A stretch of 54,414 nucleotides of DNA from an uncultured Micavibrio sp. (GTDB lineage Bacteria; Pseudomonadota; Alphaproteobacteria; Micavibrionales; Micavibrionaceae): assembly GCA_964473655.1 (NCBI GenBank), contig CAYYPX010000001.1, forward strand, positions 1 through 54,414, given 5' to 3'. Shown here piece after piece: positions 46,185 through 54,414 of the stretch (its first letter is position 1; each line of letters begins with the position of its first letter). The notes beneath the pieces were generated by a model that worked only from the letters and a program-made list of their open reading frames with translations, was not told the origin of the DNA and made no database searches. Position numbers and translations under genes: made by a program.

Positions 46185-48406
46185 TCCGCCTTTGTTATAA
46201 AGCTATCCATCACGCGCTTCGTGCCGCTTTTGCCGAATGCGATATCTAGCTTGTGCCCATCGATATGCACGATGGTGCCAACCCCGAATTTTTCGTGCAC
46301 GACTTTATCGCCGCGCGAATAACCTGAAATCGCTTCGCCGGAATCCGCCTTTGATTCCACGCGGCGGGCGCTGCCTTCGACAAAAGATGTCTGCCGTGCG
46401 CCAAAGCCGGATGAATCCCAATGTTGCGACCGGCCCACATTCCCATACAGACCGGTTTCTGCTTCCACTTCGATATGATCTTCCGGCAATTCATCGACAA
46501 AGCGCGAAGGAATGGCGTTGATCCAGCTTCCATACATGCGGCGGTTTGCAACGTGTGAAATATAGGAACGTTCACGTGCGCGCGTGATACCTACATAGGC
46601 AAGGCGACGCTCTTCTTCCAATCCCTTCAATCCATTCTCATCCATGCTGCGCTGGGATGGAAACAATCCTTCTTCCCACCCGGGCAAAAAGACGCATTTG
46701 AATTCAAGGCCCTTTGCACCGTGTAGAGTCATAATGCTGACTTGTTCGCCGGTTGCATTGTTGGCGTTTTCCATGACCAGCGATACGTGTTCCAAAAACA
46801 TCGGAAGCGATTCAAATTCTTCCATGCCCGACACAAGTTCTTTTAAGTTTTCAAGACGACCCGGAGAATCCGGTGATTTATCCGCCTGCCACATTGCTGT
46901 GTAGTCGCTTTCATCCAGAATAATTCCAGCAAGCGCCCCGTGATGTGTTGTGGATACCATGCCGCGCCAGCGTTCGAAATCATCGACCAGCTTCATCAAA
47001 GTCGCACGCACCTTCGGTTTCAATTCCTGCGTTTGTGTTAGATCAAGGATCGCGCTGTAGAGGCTGATCCCTTTGGCTCTTGCATGGGTGTAAAGTGTTT
47101 GCACGGTGGAATCGCCGATACCGCGCTTTGGTGTGTTGATAATTCGCTCTAATGCGAGATCATCGTCTTTCTGATTTACTACACGCAGATAAGCCAGCGC
47201 ATCACGAATTTCCATGCGCTCGTAAAAGCGCGGGCCGCCTATCACGCGATAAGGTAAACCAAGCTGGATAAACCGCTCTTCAAATTCGCGCGTTTGGAAT
47301 CCGGCACGTATCAACACTGCTATATCATCCAGTGAATATTTTTTGTGCTGCAAGGATTCGATTTCTTCACCGACCCAGCGTGCCTCGGCTTCGCCATCCC
47401 ACAGCCCGCGGATTTTGACTTTATCGCCGGCTCCAATACTGGTGAAAAGTTCTTTGCCCAAGCGCCCTTCGTTATTGGCGATCACGGCATTGGCCGCCGC
47501 CAGAATATGCCCCGTGCTACGATAATTTTCTTCGAGACGCACGGTAATCGCACCCGGAAAATCTTTTTCGAATCTTAAAATATTTTCGACTTCCGCGCCG
47601 CGCCAGCCATAGATCGATTGGTCATCATCACCAACGCAGCAGATATTCCCCGAAGCCTTCGCGAGTAAACGCAGCCATAGATATTGTGCAACGTTCGTGT
47701 CTTGATATTCATCGACCAAAATATATTTGAAACGTCGATGATAATCGGCAAGCACATCGGCGTTTTTCGGATCCTTGAAAATCGTGATCATGTGCAACAA
47801 AAGATCGCCGAAATCCGCTGCGTTCAATGTTTTCAATCGTTGCTGATATTGCGTGTAAAGCGAGAGTAGCTTGCCATTCGCCATATCGCCGGCTTCATGC
47901 GGCGCGATATCGGATGGAACCTGCCCTTTGTCTTTCCAGCTGCTGATTTTATCGGCGATGGCTTTCGGTGGCCATTTTTTGACATCGATATTTTCGGCCT
48001 CCATCAATTGTTTGATGAGACGCACCTGATCATCTTGATCCAAAATGGTGAAAGACGATGTAAGGCCCACAAGTTCCGCATGACGGCGCAACATACGGGC
48101 CGCCAGCGCGTGGAATGTGCCAAGCCACCAACCCTCCACCGGTGCGCCGCCCATAAGCGAGGACACACGATGTTTCATTTCCTGTGCGGCCTTGTTCGTA
48201 AAAGTCACAGACAATATTTGCCCGGGGAACGCTTTGTTCGTGCGCAGCAAATGTGCGAGCCGTGTCGTTAGAACGCGGGTCTTTCCTGTGCCAGCACCAG
48301 CAAGCACAAGCACCGCGCCTTCGGTGGCTTCAACGGCCTGACGCTGTGCGGGATTGAGCGAGGCCAAATAATCGGATTGTTGTGGGGAAACGGGCGCGTT
48401 TTGCAT
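46181..48406 (-). CDS. uvrD: ATP-dependent DNA helicase, UvrD/PcrA/Rep family
   Basis: SF1 motifs AGAGTGKTRVLT, ILVDEYQDTN, VGDDDQSIYGWRGA, TLHGAKGLEF, YVGITRA. Confidence 0.9.
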   Translation of the reverse strand: MQNAPVSPQQSDYLASLNPAQRQAVEATEGAVLVLAGAGTGKTRVLTTRLAHLLRTNKAFPGQILSVTFTNKAAQEMKHRVSSLMGGAPVEGWWLGTFHALAARMLRRHAELVGLTSSFTILDQDDQVRLIKQLMEAENIDVKKWPPKAIADKISSWKDKGQVPSDIAPHEAGDMANGKLLSLYTQYQQRLKTLNAADFGDLLLHMITIFKDPKNADVLADYHRRFKYILVDEYQDTNVAQYLWLRLLAKASGNICCVGDDDQSIYGWRGAEVENILRFEKDFPGAITVRLEENYRSTGHILAAANAVIANNEGRLGKELFTSIGAGDKVKIRGLWDGEAEARWVGEEIESLQHKKYSLDDIAVLIRAGFQTREFEERFIQLGLPYRVIGGPRFYERMEIRDALAYLRVVNQKDDDLALERIINTPKRGIGDSTVQTLYTHARAKGISLYSAILDLTQTQELKPKVRATLMKLVDDFERWRGMVSTTHHGALAGIILDESDYTAMWQADKSPDSPGRLENLKELVSGMEEFESLPMFLEHVSLVMENANNATGEQVSIMTLHGAKGLEFKCVFLPGWEEGLFPSQRSMDENGLKGLEEERRLAYVGITRARERSYISHVANRRMYGSWINAIPSRFVDELPEDHIEVEAETGLYGNVGRSQHWDSSGFGARQTSFVEGSARRVESKADSGEAISGYSRGDKVVHEKFGVGTIVHIDGHKLDIAFGKSGTKRVMDSFITKAD

Positions 48407-48447
48407 GGGATAGAGATATAGACGGCAACGCTTTGGGGCAAGGATTT

Positions 48448-48891
48448 TTAGGCTTTTTTCTTCTTCGAAAAGGTCGCCATCGCCTTTAACGTTTCGCTGC
48501 TGATATGGTGTTCCACCCCTTCGGCGTCCAGTTCTGCCGTGCGTGAACTTACCCCGATCGATTTTAAGAAACCGACCACGATTTCATGCCGCGCCTTGCA
48601 GCTTTCGGCGAGCTTCTGACCCTTGGTGGTCAAAAACAAGGATCGGTATTTTTCGTTGGTAACAAGACCCTCTTTGTTCAGGCGGGCAATCGTCTTGTTG
48701 ACGGTTGCGTGCGTAATGCCAAAGGCGGAGGCCAGATCGACCACGCGGGCCTCGCCCTGTTCTTCGATCAAATCGGCGATCATCTCCACATAATCTTCCG
48801 CCGTTTCCGATTGGTGCGCGACCCTGACCTGTTCAAAGGCCTTGGAGCGCACTTCGCGGCGCAAATTTTTAGCAGTGGATGGGCTGGTCAT
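48448..48891 (-). CDS. mntR: DtxR-family manganese-responsive transcriptional regulator
   Basis: ETAEDYVEMIADLIEEQGEARVVDLASAFGITHATVNKTIARL is typical of MntR/DtxR. It is divergent from mntH. Confidence 0.85.
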   Translation of the reverse strand: MTSPSTAKNLRREVRSKAFEQVRVAHQSETAEDYVEMIADLIEEQGEARVVDLASAFGITHATVNKTIARLNKEGLVTNEKYRSLFLTTKGQKLAESCKARHEIVVGFLKSIGVSSRTAELDAEGVEHHISSETLKAMATFSKKKKA

Positions 48892-48941
48892 TCCTTATTT
48901 TTCGCCCAATTCAAGCGGTTTGTCAATTTGGCATACCATCC

Positions 48942-48985
48942 AAAATGTAGCCAAGGCTAACTTATTTGTTGCCAAGGCTACATTT
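48942..48985. promoter_or_regulatory. Candidate MntR operator(s) in the mntR-mntH divergent region
   Basis: AAAATGTAGCC (48942-48952) is the exact reverse complement of GGCTACATTTT (48975-48985). GCCAAGGCTA occurs twice inside, each copy containing the sub-palindrome TAGCC/GGCTA or a near match. Confidence 0.45.
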
Positions 48986-49004
48986 TAGCGGCTAGACTAA
49001 AATT

Positions 49005-50357
49005 ATGAATACAGACGCAATGAAAGCATATCTAAGCCAAGGATGGCGCAATCAACGTGGCGAAGCCTCTATGGCCGACGTCAACGCATCGATCCCCGTA
49101 CGCAAATCTTGGGGCACATGGCGCAGGTTCGCGGCGTTTTTGGGGCCGGGCTATCTTGTGGCGGTGGGTTACATGGATCCCGGCAACTGGGCGACCTCTA
49201 TCGCGGGCGGCGCGCAATTCGGCTACACGCTTTTGGCCGTGGCTCTCGTTTCTAACCTCATGGCGATCCTGCTGCAATCATTATGCGCACGCCTTGGTAT
49301 CGCCTCTGGCCGCGACCTAGCGCAAGCCTGCCGCGATTCATATTCCAAGCCTGTCTCATTTATTTTGTGGGTGCTCGCGGAACTTGCCATCTGCGCCACC
49401 GATCTCGCCGAAGTGATCGGTACAGCGATCGGTCTTTATCTTCTCTTCGGCATACCGTTGGAAATCGGCGTCATCATCACCGCCTTCGATGTGTTCTTGA
49501 TTTTGGCGTTCCAGCGTTTGGGTTTCCGCTGGATCGAAGCCTTCGTCATCACATTGCTGATGGTCATCTTCGCTTGTTTTGGCATTCAAATGTGGTTGGC
49601 ACAACCTGACGTCGCCGCCGTGTTCGGCGGGTTTGTTCCATCAACGGAAATCATCACCAACCCCGCCATGCTCTATATCGCGCTCGGTATCATTGGTGCG
49701 ACGGTTATGCCGCATAATCTTTATCTTCATTCTTCTATCGTGCAAACCCGCGCGGTCGGAGATTCAAAGGCGGAAAAGAAAGAAGCCATCAAATTCGCAA
49801 CATGGGATTCCACCATTGCCCTCATGCTCGCGCTCTTCATCAACGCCTCGATTTTGATTTTGGCGGCGTCTACATTCCACGCCAATGGTCACACGGATAT
49901 TGTGGAATTGAATGACGCGCACGCGTTGCTATCGCCGCTACTGGGTGCCGCTATCGCCGCGCCGTTATTTGCCATCGCGCTTCTTTGCTGCGGTTTGAAT
50001 TCTACTGTCACGGCAACGCTGGCTGGCCAGATCGTGATGGAAGGTTTCATCAATATAAAATTAAAACCATATCAACGCCGCCTGATCACGCGCCTGATCG
50101 CCATCGTGCCGGCTATCATCGTTACCATGTGGTACGGCGAAAGCGGTACCGCACAGTTGTTGATTGCATCGCAAGTGATCCTGAGTATGCAGCTTCCCTT
50201 CGCCGTTATTCCATTGGTGATGTTTACGATGGATCGAAAAAAACTCGGTGATTTCACCGCGCCGGTCTGGGTGTCATCCTTGGCCGTATTGATCGCGATC
50301 ATCCTTGTAACCCTGAACATGAAAATGCTCTGGGATCTGGCAAGCTCAGTGTTCTAA
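49005..50357 (+). CDS. mntH: Nramp-family divalent metal (Mn2+/Fe2+):H+ symporter
   Basis: [18 protein letters not shown] and [13 protein letters not shown] are Nramp signature motifs. Confidence 0.92.
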   Translation: MNTDAMKAYLSQGWRNQRGEASMADVNASIPVRKSWGTWRRFAAFLGPGYLVAVGYMDPGNWATSIAGGAQFGYTLLAVALVSNLMAILLQSLCARLGIASGRDLAQACRDSYSKPVSFILWVLAELAICATDLAEVIGTAIGLYLLFGIPLEIGVIITAFDVFLILAFQRLGFRWIEAFVITLLMVIFACFGIQMWLAQPDVAAVFGGFVPSTEIITNPAMLYIALGIIGATVMPHNLYLHSSIVQTRAVGDSKAEKKEAIKFATWDSTIALMLALFINASILILAASTFHANGHTDIVELNDAHALLSPLLGAAIAAPLFAIALLCCGLNSTVTATLAGQIVMEGFINIKLKPYQRRLITRLIAIVPAIIVTMWYGESGTAQLLIASQVILSMQLPFAVIPLVMFTMDRKKLGDFTAPVWVSSLAVLIAIILVTLNMKMLWDLASSVF

Positions 50358-50370
50358 AATTTTTGGAAAA

Positions 50371-51429
50371 TTATTTCTTTGCGTGTGCGGCGCGATCATG
50401 CGGCGTTGGGGCGGCGGCAACCTGATTACGACCGTTATGCTTGGCTGTATAAAGCGCGGCGTCGGCACGCTCGATCAGTTCTTCCACTTTTTCATTCGCA
50501 TAGTGCTGGGCAACGCCGATGGACATGGTGATACGTCCAAGAAATTCACCGTTCGATCTGTTGATGACTTCTTTGTTGGCAAGCGCTTTTCGAAGTGATT
50601 CCGCCACCGCAATCGCATGGTCCAGATTTGTTTCGGGAAGAAGGATCACGAATTCCTCACCGCCGTAACGCGCGGCAATATCTTTTCCCTTGATACCATC
50701 CGTCAATGTGCGGGCAACAAGGCGTAACACTTGATCGCCCACTTGGTGGCCGAAATTATCGTTGAATCCTTTGAAATGGTCGATATCGAGCATAAGGAAG
50801 GAGAATGTCTTTCCTTCTTCATCGGCATCCTTGGTCAGGCTCGTGATATATTCATCCAACGCCTTGCGGTTTGAAAGGCCAGTCAGGCCATCCGTCATCG
50901 CTTCGCGGCGTACGCGTTCCAGATCGCGCTTCAATTCATCCATGACATGAGATGAGCGATCAAGCTGTGCTTCCAACTTTTTATTATGCTCCATCATCTT
51001 GTTCGTATCGGCGACAACGCTCTTCAAAACGATCGCCATTTCTTCGGGTGTGCGCACGGTGGAAATTCTTTGCGTCGCACCAGTCAACGTTTCCGAATAT
51101 TCAGTTGTTGCAACTTTAACGTTGTTCATCAAACCGGAGACATCTTGCAACGTTGCGTGAATCTGATCGCTCGCGCGGTTGTATAATTCTTGTTCTTTTT
51201 TTTCGCTCAGGAATTGTTCGTAGAACGCGCGGCAATCCATGCCGGTCAATTTGCCCTTCATCTTGATCGCGGCGTCCATTGTTTTTTTCAATTCGGGATG
51301 TGCGTTCGAAAAATACGCATACCAGACTTCGTAATTCATCGGGTCTGGAGCGATCTCGTCGCGTTGCATCCGGGCGATGGCTTCGCCGGCTACGTTTTTG
51401 GCAAGATCGAGATCGTGATCGTATTGCAT
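50371..51429 (-). CDS. Diguanylate cyclase (GGDEF domain) with a helical N-terminal domain
   Basis: DGLTGLSNRKAL, RYGGEEFVILLPET, SIGVA. Confidence 0.88.
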   Translation of the reverse strand: MQYDHDLDLAKNVAGEAIARMQRDEIAPDPMNYEVWYAYFSNAHPELKKTMDAAIKMKGKLTGMDCRAFYEQFLSEKKEQELYNRASDQIHATLQDVSGLMNNVKVATTEYSETLTGATQRISTVRTPEEMAIVLKSVVADTNKMMEHNKKLEAQLDRSSHVMDELKRDLERVRREAMTDGLTGLSNRKALDEYITSLTKDADEEGKTFSFLMLDIDHFKGFNDNFGHQVGDQVLRLVARTLTDGIKGKDIAARYGGEEFVILLPETNLDHAIAVAESLRKALANKEVINRSNGEFLGRITMSIGVAQHYANEKVEELIERADAALYTAKHNGRNQVAAAPTPHDRAAHAKK

Positions 51430-51546
51430 TGCCTTGGACCTAAAATGCGCTTTCGCTGAAATTTTTCAAAGAATTGCCCGAAGGGGGGCGGCTTATACAA
51501 AGAATAACAGGAGGCGTCTTAAATCGGGGTTAATGTAATATGAAAA

Positions 51547-52131
51547 TCATATCCATTTGGTGGAAGGATCGAAGCGCTCATTCGGCGCATTGGCTAGCGC
51601 GGCCGGTACTTCCGCTACGGTTTGAACGACCTTGAACATCGTCATGTCTTCTTCGCGCATGAATTTCTGGTCGGCGATGTACTTGATGGCCTCAACCATA
51701 CGCGTCCAGTAATCATTGATGTTTACCATAACGATTGGTTTATCGTGCATCCCCAATTGCTTCCAAGTCAGAAGCTCGAAAAATTCATCAAGCGTACCTA
51801 GGCCGCCCGCCAGAATGACGAAGGCATCCGCGCGGTCGACCATCATTTGCTTCCGTATATGCATGGAATCCACCACGTGCAGCTCGCTAAGGTCTGTATG
51901 CTGTACTTCTCTTGCCTGTATGTGGTGTGGAATGATACCGACAACTTTGGAACCAGCCTTCAAAGCGCTATCGGCCACAAGGCCCATGAGTCCTACGCGC
52001 CCGCCGCCATAAACGACGTCCCATTTGTTCGCGGCCAAGGCCGTGCCCAGCTCGACGGCGGCGTCCTTGTAAACCTGATCTACGCGGGAAGATGATCCGC
52101 AATACACACACACTGATTTGATTTTGCTCAT
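51547..52131 (-). CDS. LOG family protein (TIGR00730; nucleotide 5'-monophosphate nucleosidase type)
   Basis: VCVYCGSS, VVYGGGRVGLMG, LAGGLGTLDEFFE. Confidence 0.88.
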   Translation of the reverse strand: MSKIKSVCVYCGSSSRVDQVYKDAAVELGTALAANKWDVVYGGGRVGLMGLVADSALKAGSKVVGIIPHHIQAREVQHTDLSELHVVDSMHIRKQMMVDRADAFVILAGGLGTLDEFFELLTWKQLGMHDKPIVMVNINDYWTRMVEAIKYIADQKFMREEDMTMFKVVQTVAEVPAALANAPNERFDPSTKWI

Positions 52132-52243
52132 ATTGTTCTTTTTATTCCGTTTTTTGTAGTTCCTGAATTCACTGTACCATCAATGACATAAGCATTTCCA
52201 GCCCGTATGACGGCACTATCTTTTACGCCCATGCGTTAGACCT

Positions 52244-52270
52244 TTGCAAGAGCGGCGGAACCAGTATAAT
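52244..52270 (+). promoter_or_regulatory. Sigma70-like promoter candidate for psd-pssA (TTGCAA-15 nt-TATAAT)
   Basis: TTGCAA at 52244-52249 and TATAAT at 52265-52270. The spacer is short (15-16 nt depending on register). Confidence 0.3.
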
Positions 52271-52307
52271 CGCCACTCAATTATAACTTTAAGGATATTG
52301 GAAAAAT

Positions 52308-53027
52308 ATGAGCGGCGAATCCCTACTCGATACCATCAAGAAAACCATGCTGGTTTTACCGCACCCCGCAGGCATTCCCTTTATCGGCGGCGGCGTGGTC
52401 GCGGCCCTGATCTTTTTCATCTTCTCGGAATTCCTTGGATTCATCGCTCTCATCTTCACGACTTTTTGTTTGTACTTCTTCCGTGATCCAGATCGCGTGA
52501 CGCCGCAAAAATCCTCGCTGGTTCTTGCGGGCGGCGATGGTGAGATCAGCGGAATCGTGAATGACGTTTCTCTTCCAGCCGAACTCGCAGGCGGCGATGA
52601 CACTCGCTATACACGCATCAGCACATTTTTGTCCGTCTTCGATGTTCACGTGCAACGTCTTCCTATCTCCGGAAAAATTATTCGACGCGTTTACACGCCG
52701 GGAAAATTTTTGAATGCCGATCTCGACAAAGCCAGCGAAGACAATGAACGCTGCTCGCTTCTGATCGAAACACCATCGGGACAAAAAGTTTGCGTGGTGC
52801 AAATTGCTGGTCTCGTCGCACGCCGTATTTTGAACGATGTGAAAGAAGATCAATCCGTTCAAGCGGGCAGTCGTTTCGGTATCATTCGTTTCGGCAGTCG
52901 CGTCGATGTGTACATCCCAGAAGGCGTATCGCCATTGGTTTGCATCGGTCAACGCGCCATCGGCGGCGAAACCGTTCTGGCGGATTTTGAGTCCTCCGAA
53001 CCAGCCCGTTACGGTACAGTGGTGTAA
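52308..53027 (+). CDS. psd: Phosphatidylserine decarboxylase proenzyme (short type)
   Basis: ISTFLSVFDVHVQRLPISG, and the self-cleavage region IIRFGSRVDVYIP (GS motif). Confidence 0.88.
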   Translation: MSGESLLDTIKKTMLVLPHPAGIPFIGGGVVAALIFFIFSEFLGFIALIFTTFCLYFFRDPDRVTPQKSSLVLAGGDGEISGIVNDVSLPAELAGGDDTRYTRISTFLSVFDVHVQRLPISGKIIRRVYTPGKFLNADLDKASEDNERCSLLIETPSGQKVCVVQIAGLVARRILNDVKEDQSVQAGSRFGIIRFGSRVDVYIPEGVSPLVCIGQRAIGGETVLADFESSEPARYGTVV

Positions 53028-53029
53028 TC

Positions 53030-53908
53030 ATGAATGTCAGCGAGATGAAGCCGAAAAACAATGACAACGGAAAAACAATTTCCGTGAACAGCTTCGTCGG
53101 TCTTCATCGCCTGCTACCAAACCTGATGACGCTCACCGCAATTGCAGCGGGCCTCACCGCCATTCAATTGGCGTGGGATGATCAATGGGAAAAAGCGGCG
53201 CTCGCCATTTTGGTCGCCGCCATCCTCGATGCACTTGATGGTGCCACCGCGCGCCTATTGAAAGCGCAAAGTGAATTTGGCGCGCAGCTCGACAGTCTTT
53301 CTGACTTTCTCGCCTTCGGTGTTGCACCATCCATCATTCTTTATTCTTGGATCTTGCAAGAATCCGGCAAGGTCGGATGGATCGCGATGATCGTCTATGC
53401 CTCGGCTTGTGCGCTTCGTCTTGCAAGATTCAATGTCGCGCAAAAAGAATTGCCTGCATGGAAGAAAGGATTCTTCTCCGGCATTCCATCACCCGCCGGC
53501 GCGGGCCTTGCACTCTTTCCGCTCATCATCTGGATTCAAGACACACGCTTTTTCGAACAATTCGCCTTTGCCTCACCATTGGTAGGCCTATGGATGCTTC
53601 TGGTCGCAGGCTTAATGGTCAGCCGCATTCCCACATATTCAACCAAAGCCATCAAAATACCGGCCAAATTCGCCATGCCGATGCTGGCCTTGGCGGCATT
53701 GTTGATGGCCGCGCTCGTACACGCGCCGTGGCAAACCTTAACGATTGTCGCCCTGCTTTATATGATCAGCCTTCCTTTTGGCGTACGCAGCTTTAGAAGA
53801 CTGCAAAAAGAGCATAAAGACGATGAAGACTTGACGGACCTCGCTATCGGAGCGACCATTCCTTATGAAATGGCCCCTTCCGGTAAAGAGGATTCTCTAG
53901 ATGCTTGA
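53030..53908 (+). CDS. pssA: CDP-diacylglycerol--serine O-phosphatidyltransferase
   Basis: Complete CDP-alcohol phosphatidyltransferase motif DALDGATARLLKAQSEFGAQLDSLSDF (DG..AR-x8-G-x3-D-x3-D). Confidence 0.9.
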   Translation: MNVSEMKPKNNDNGKTISVNSFVGLHRLLPNLMTLTAIAAGLTAIQLAWDDQWEKAALAILVAAILDALDGATARLLKAQSEFGAQLDSLSDFLAFGVAPSIILYSWILQESGKVGWIAMIVYASACALRLARFNVAQKELPAWKKGFFSGIPSPAGAGLALFPLIIWIQDTRFFEQFAFASPLVGLWMLLVAGLMVSRIPTYSTKAIKIPAKFAMPMLALAALLMAALVHAPWQTLTIVALLYMISLPFGVRSFRRLQKEHKDDEDLTDLAIGATIPYEMAPSGKEDSLDA

Positions 53909-54414
53909 TGCCTACGTAAAGCCGATCGTTACACCCTATCTCGAAAAACTCGCTCCAAAAATCAGTGCCAGCGGGCTAACGCTCAACAAAGTGATCCTTG
54001 CCGGATTGCTGTTCGGATTGGCAGGTTGCTTTCTGGTCGGTATGCAGACCTACGCCATCGGCATCATCTTGATCCTGACCAACCGTCTGCTCGCTTCCAC
54101 CGGAAACGCCATGGCGCGCGCAGGCGAAGCAAACGATCTAAGCGCGTTTCTGGCCATCCTCGGTGATTTTGTCGTCTACGCCGCATTTGCATTTTTCTTC
54201 GCGCTCGCCATGCCAGAACACGCAATGGCAGCCAGCTTTTTGATCTTCGCTTATTTGGTCATCGGCATGACTTATTGGGGCTATGCATTCTTCGCAGTCA
54301 AACGCGGAATTTACGATGAACCCGCAGGCGGAATCGTCGGCACCACCGAAATCGTGCTGTTCATGATTTTGTGTTGTTTGTATCCGCCGGGATTTTCGGC
54401 GTTCGCAGTATTGT
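53901..54414 (+). CDS. Membrane protein related to CDP-alcohol phosphatidyltransferases but with a degenerate catalytic motif; partial, continues beyond the right edge
   Basis: Not in the ORF track because no stop falls in the window. ATG at 53901 overlaps the pssA stop. MLDAYVKPIVTPYLEKLAPKISASGLTLNKVILAGLLF...LTNRLLASTGNAMARAGEANDLSAFLAILGDFVVY: the topology and spacing resemble the family, but the D..DG..AR...G...D...D acidic residues are mostly replaced. Confidence 0.55.
   Translation, partial: MLDAYVKPIVTPYLEKLAPKISASGLTLNKVILAGLLFGLAGCFLVGMQTYAIGIILILTNRLLASTGNAMARAGEANDLSAFLAILGDFVVYAAFAFFFALAMPEHAMAASFLIFAYLVIGMTYWGYAFFAVKRGIYDEPAGGIVGTTEIVLFMILCCLYPPGFSAFAVL

Overview
This 54.4-kb chromosomal window most likely comes from an alphaproteobacterium. 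That is an inference from gene content and order: 390-aa-type SerC with SerA/SerB/PdxJ, surA-rsmA, an NDUFA9-like protein, short Psd plus PssA, MntR/MntH, and a GGAAC-N16-CGTT EcfG-type stress promoter in front of csbD. Two housekeeping blocks (about 2.1-12.4 kb and 36.8-54.4 kb) flank an accessory block rich in surface and secretion genes (12.4-36.8 kb). That block holds a stand-alone ClpA/B-NBD1-only AAA+ gene, an 850-aa RTX/DUF4114-like type I secretion substrate, a MATE pump and a SIMPL protein. It also holds an unrecognised four-gene operon: a 575-aa coiled-coil protein, an N-domain-less ClpB/ClpV-like Hsp100 with a degenerate NBD1, and two small membrane proteins. Divergent from that operon, across a 690-bp AT-rich control region, is an 11.6-kb gene for a 3851-aa two-partner-secretion (TpsA/FhaB-like) exoprotein; no TpsB gene is in the window. 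The block ends at a gene relic and tRNA-Ser(GGA). The left window edge carries the 5' part of another giant adhesin (T1SS-143-type repeats) on the minus strand, which the ORF track does not list. The right edge carries a partial degenerate CDP-alcohol-phosphatidyltransferase-like gene, also unlisted. The most striking sequence-level anomaly is a perfect 907-bp tandem duplication (8222-9128 / 9129-10035) covering the serC 5' end, the divergent promoter region and the pdxJ 5' end. The best candidate for an undescribed system is the 18.5-24.2 kb operon, possibly linked functionally to the neighbouring giant secreted proteins. I saw no CRISPR array, transposase, integrase or rRNA. All family calls come from motif recognition by eye on the translations; none was verified by a database search.
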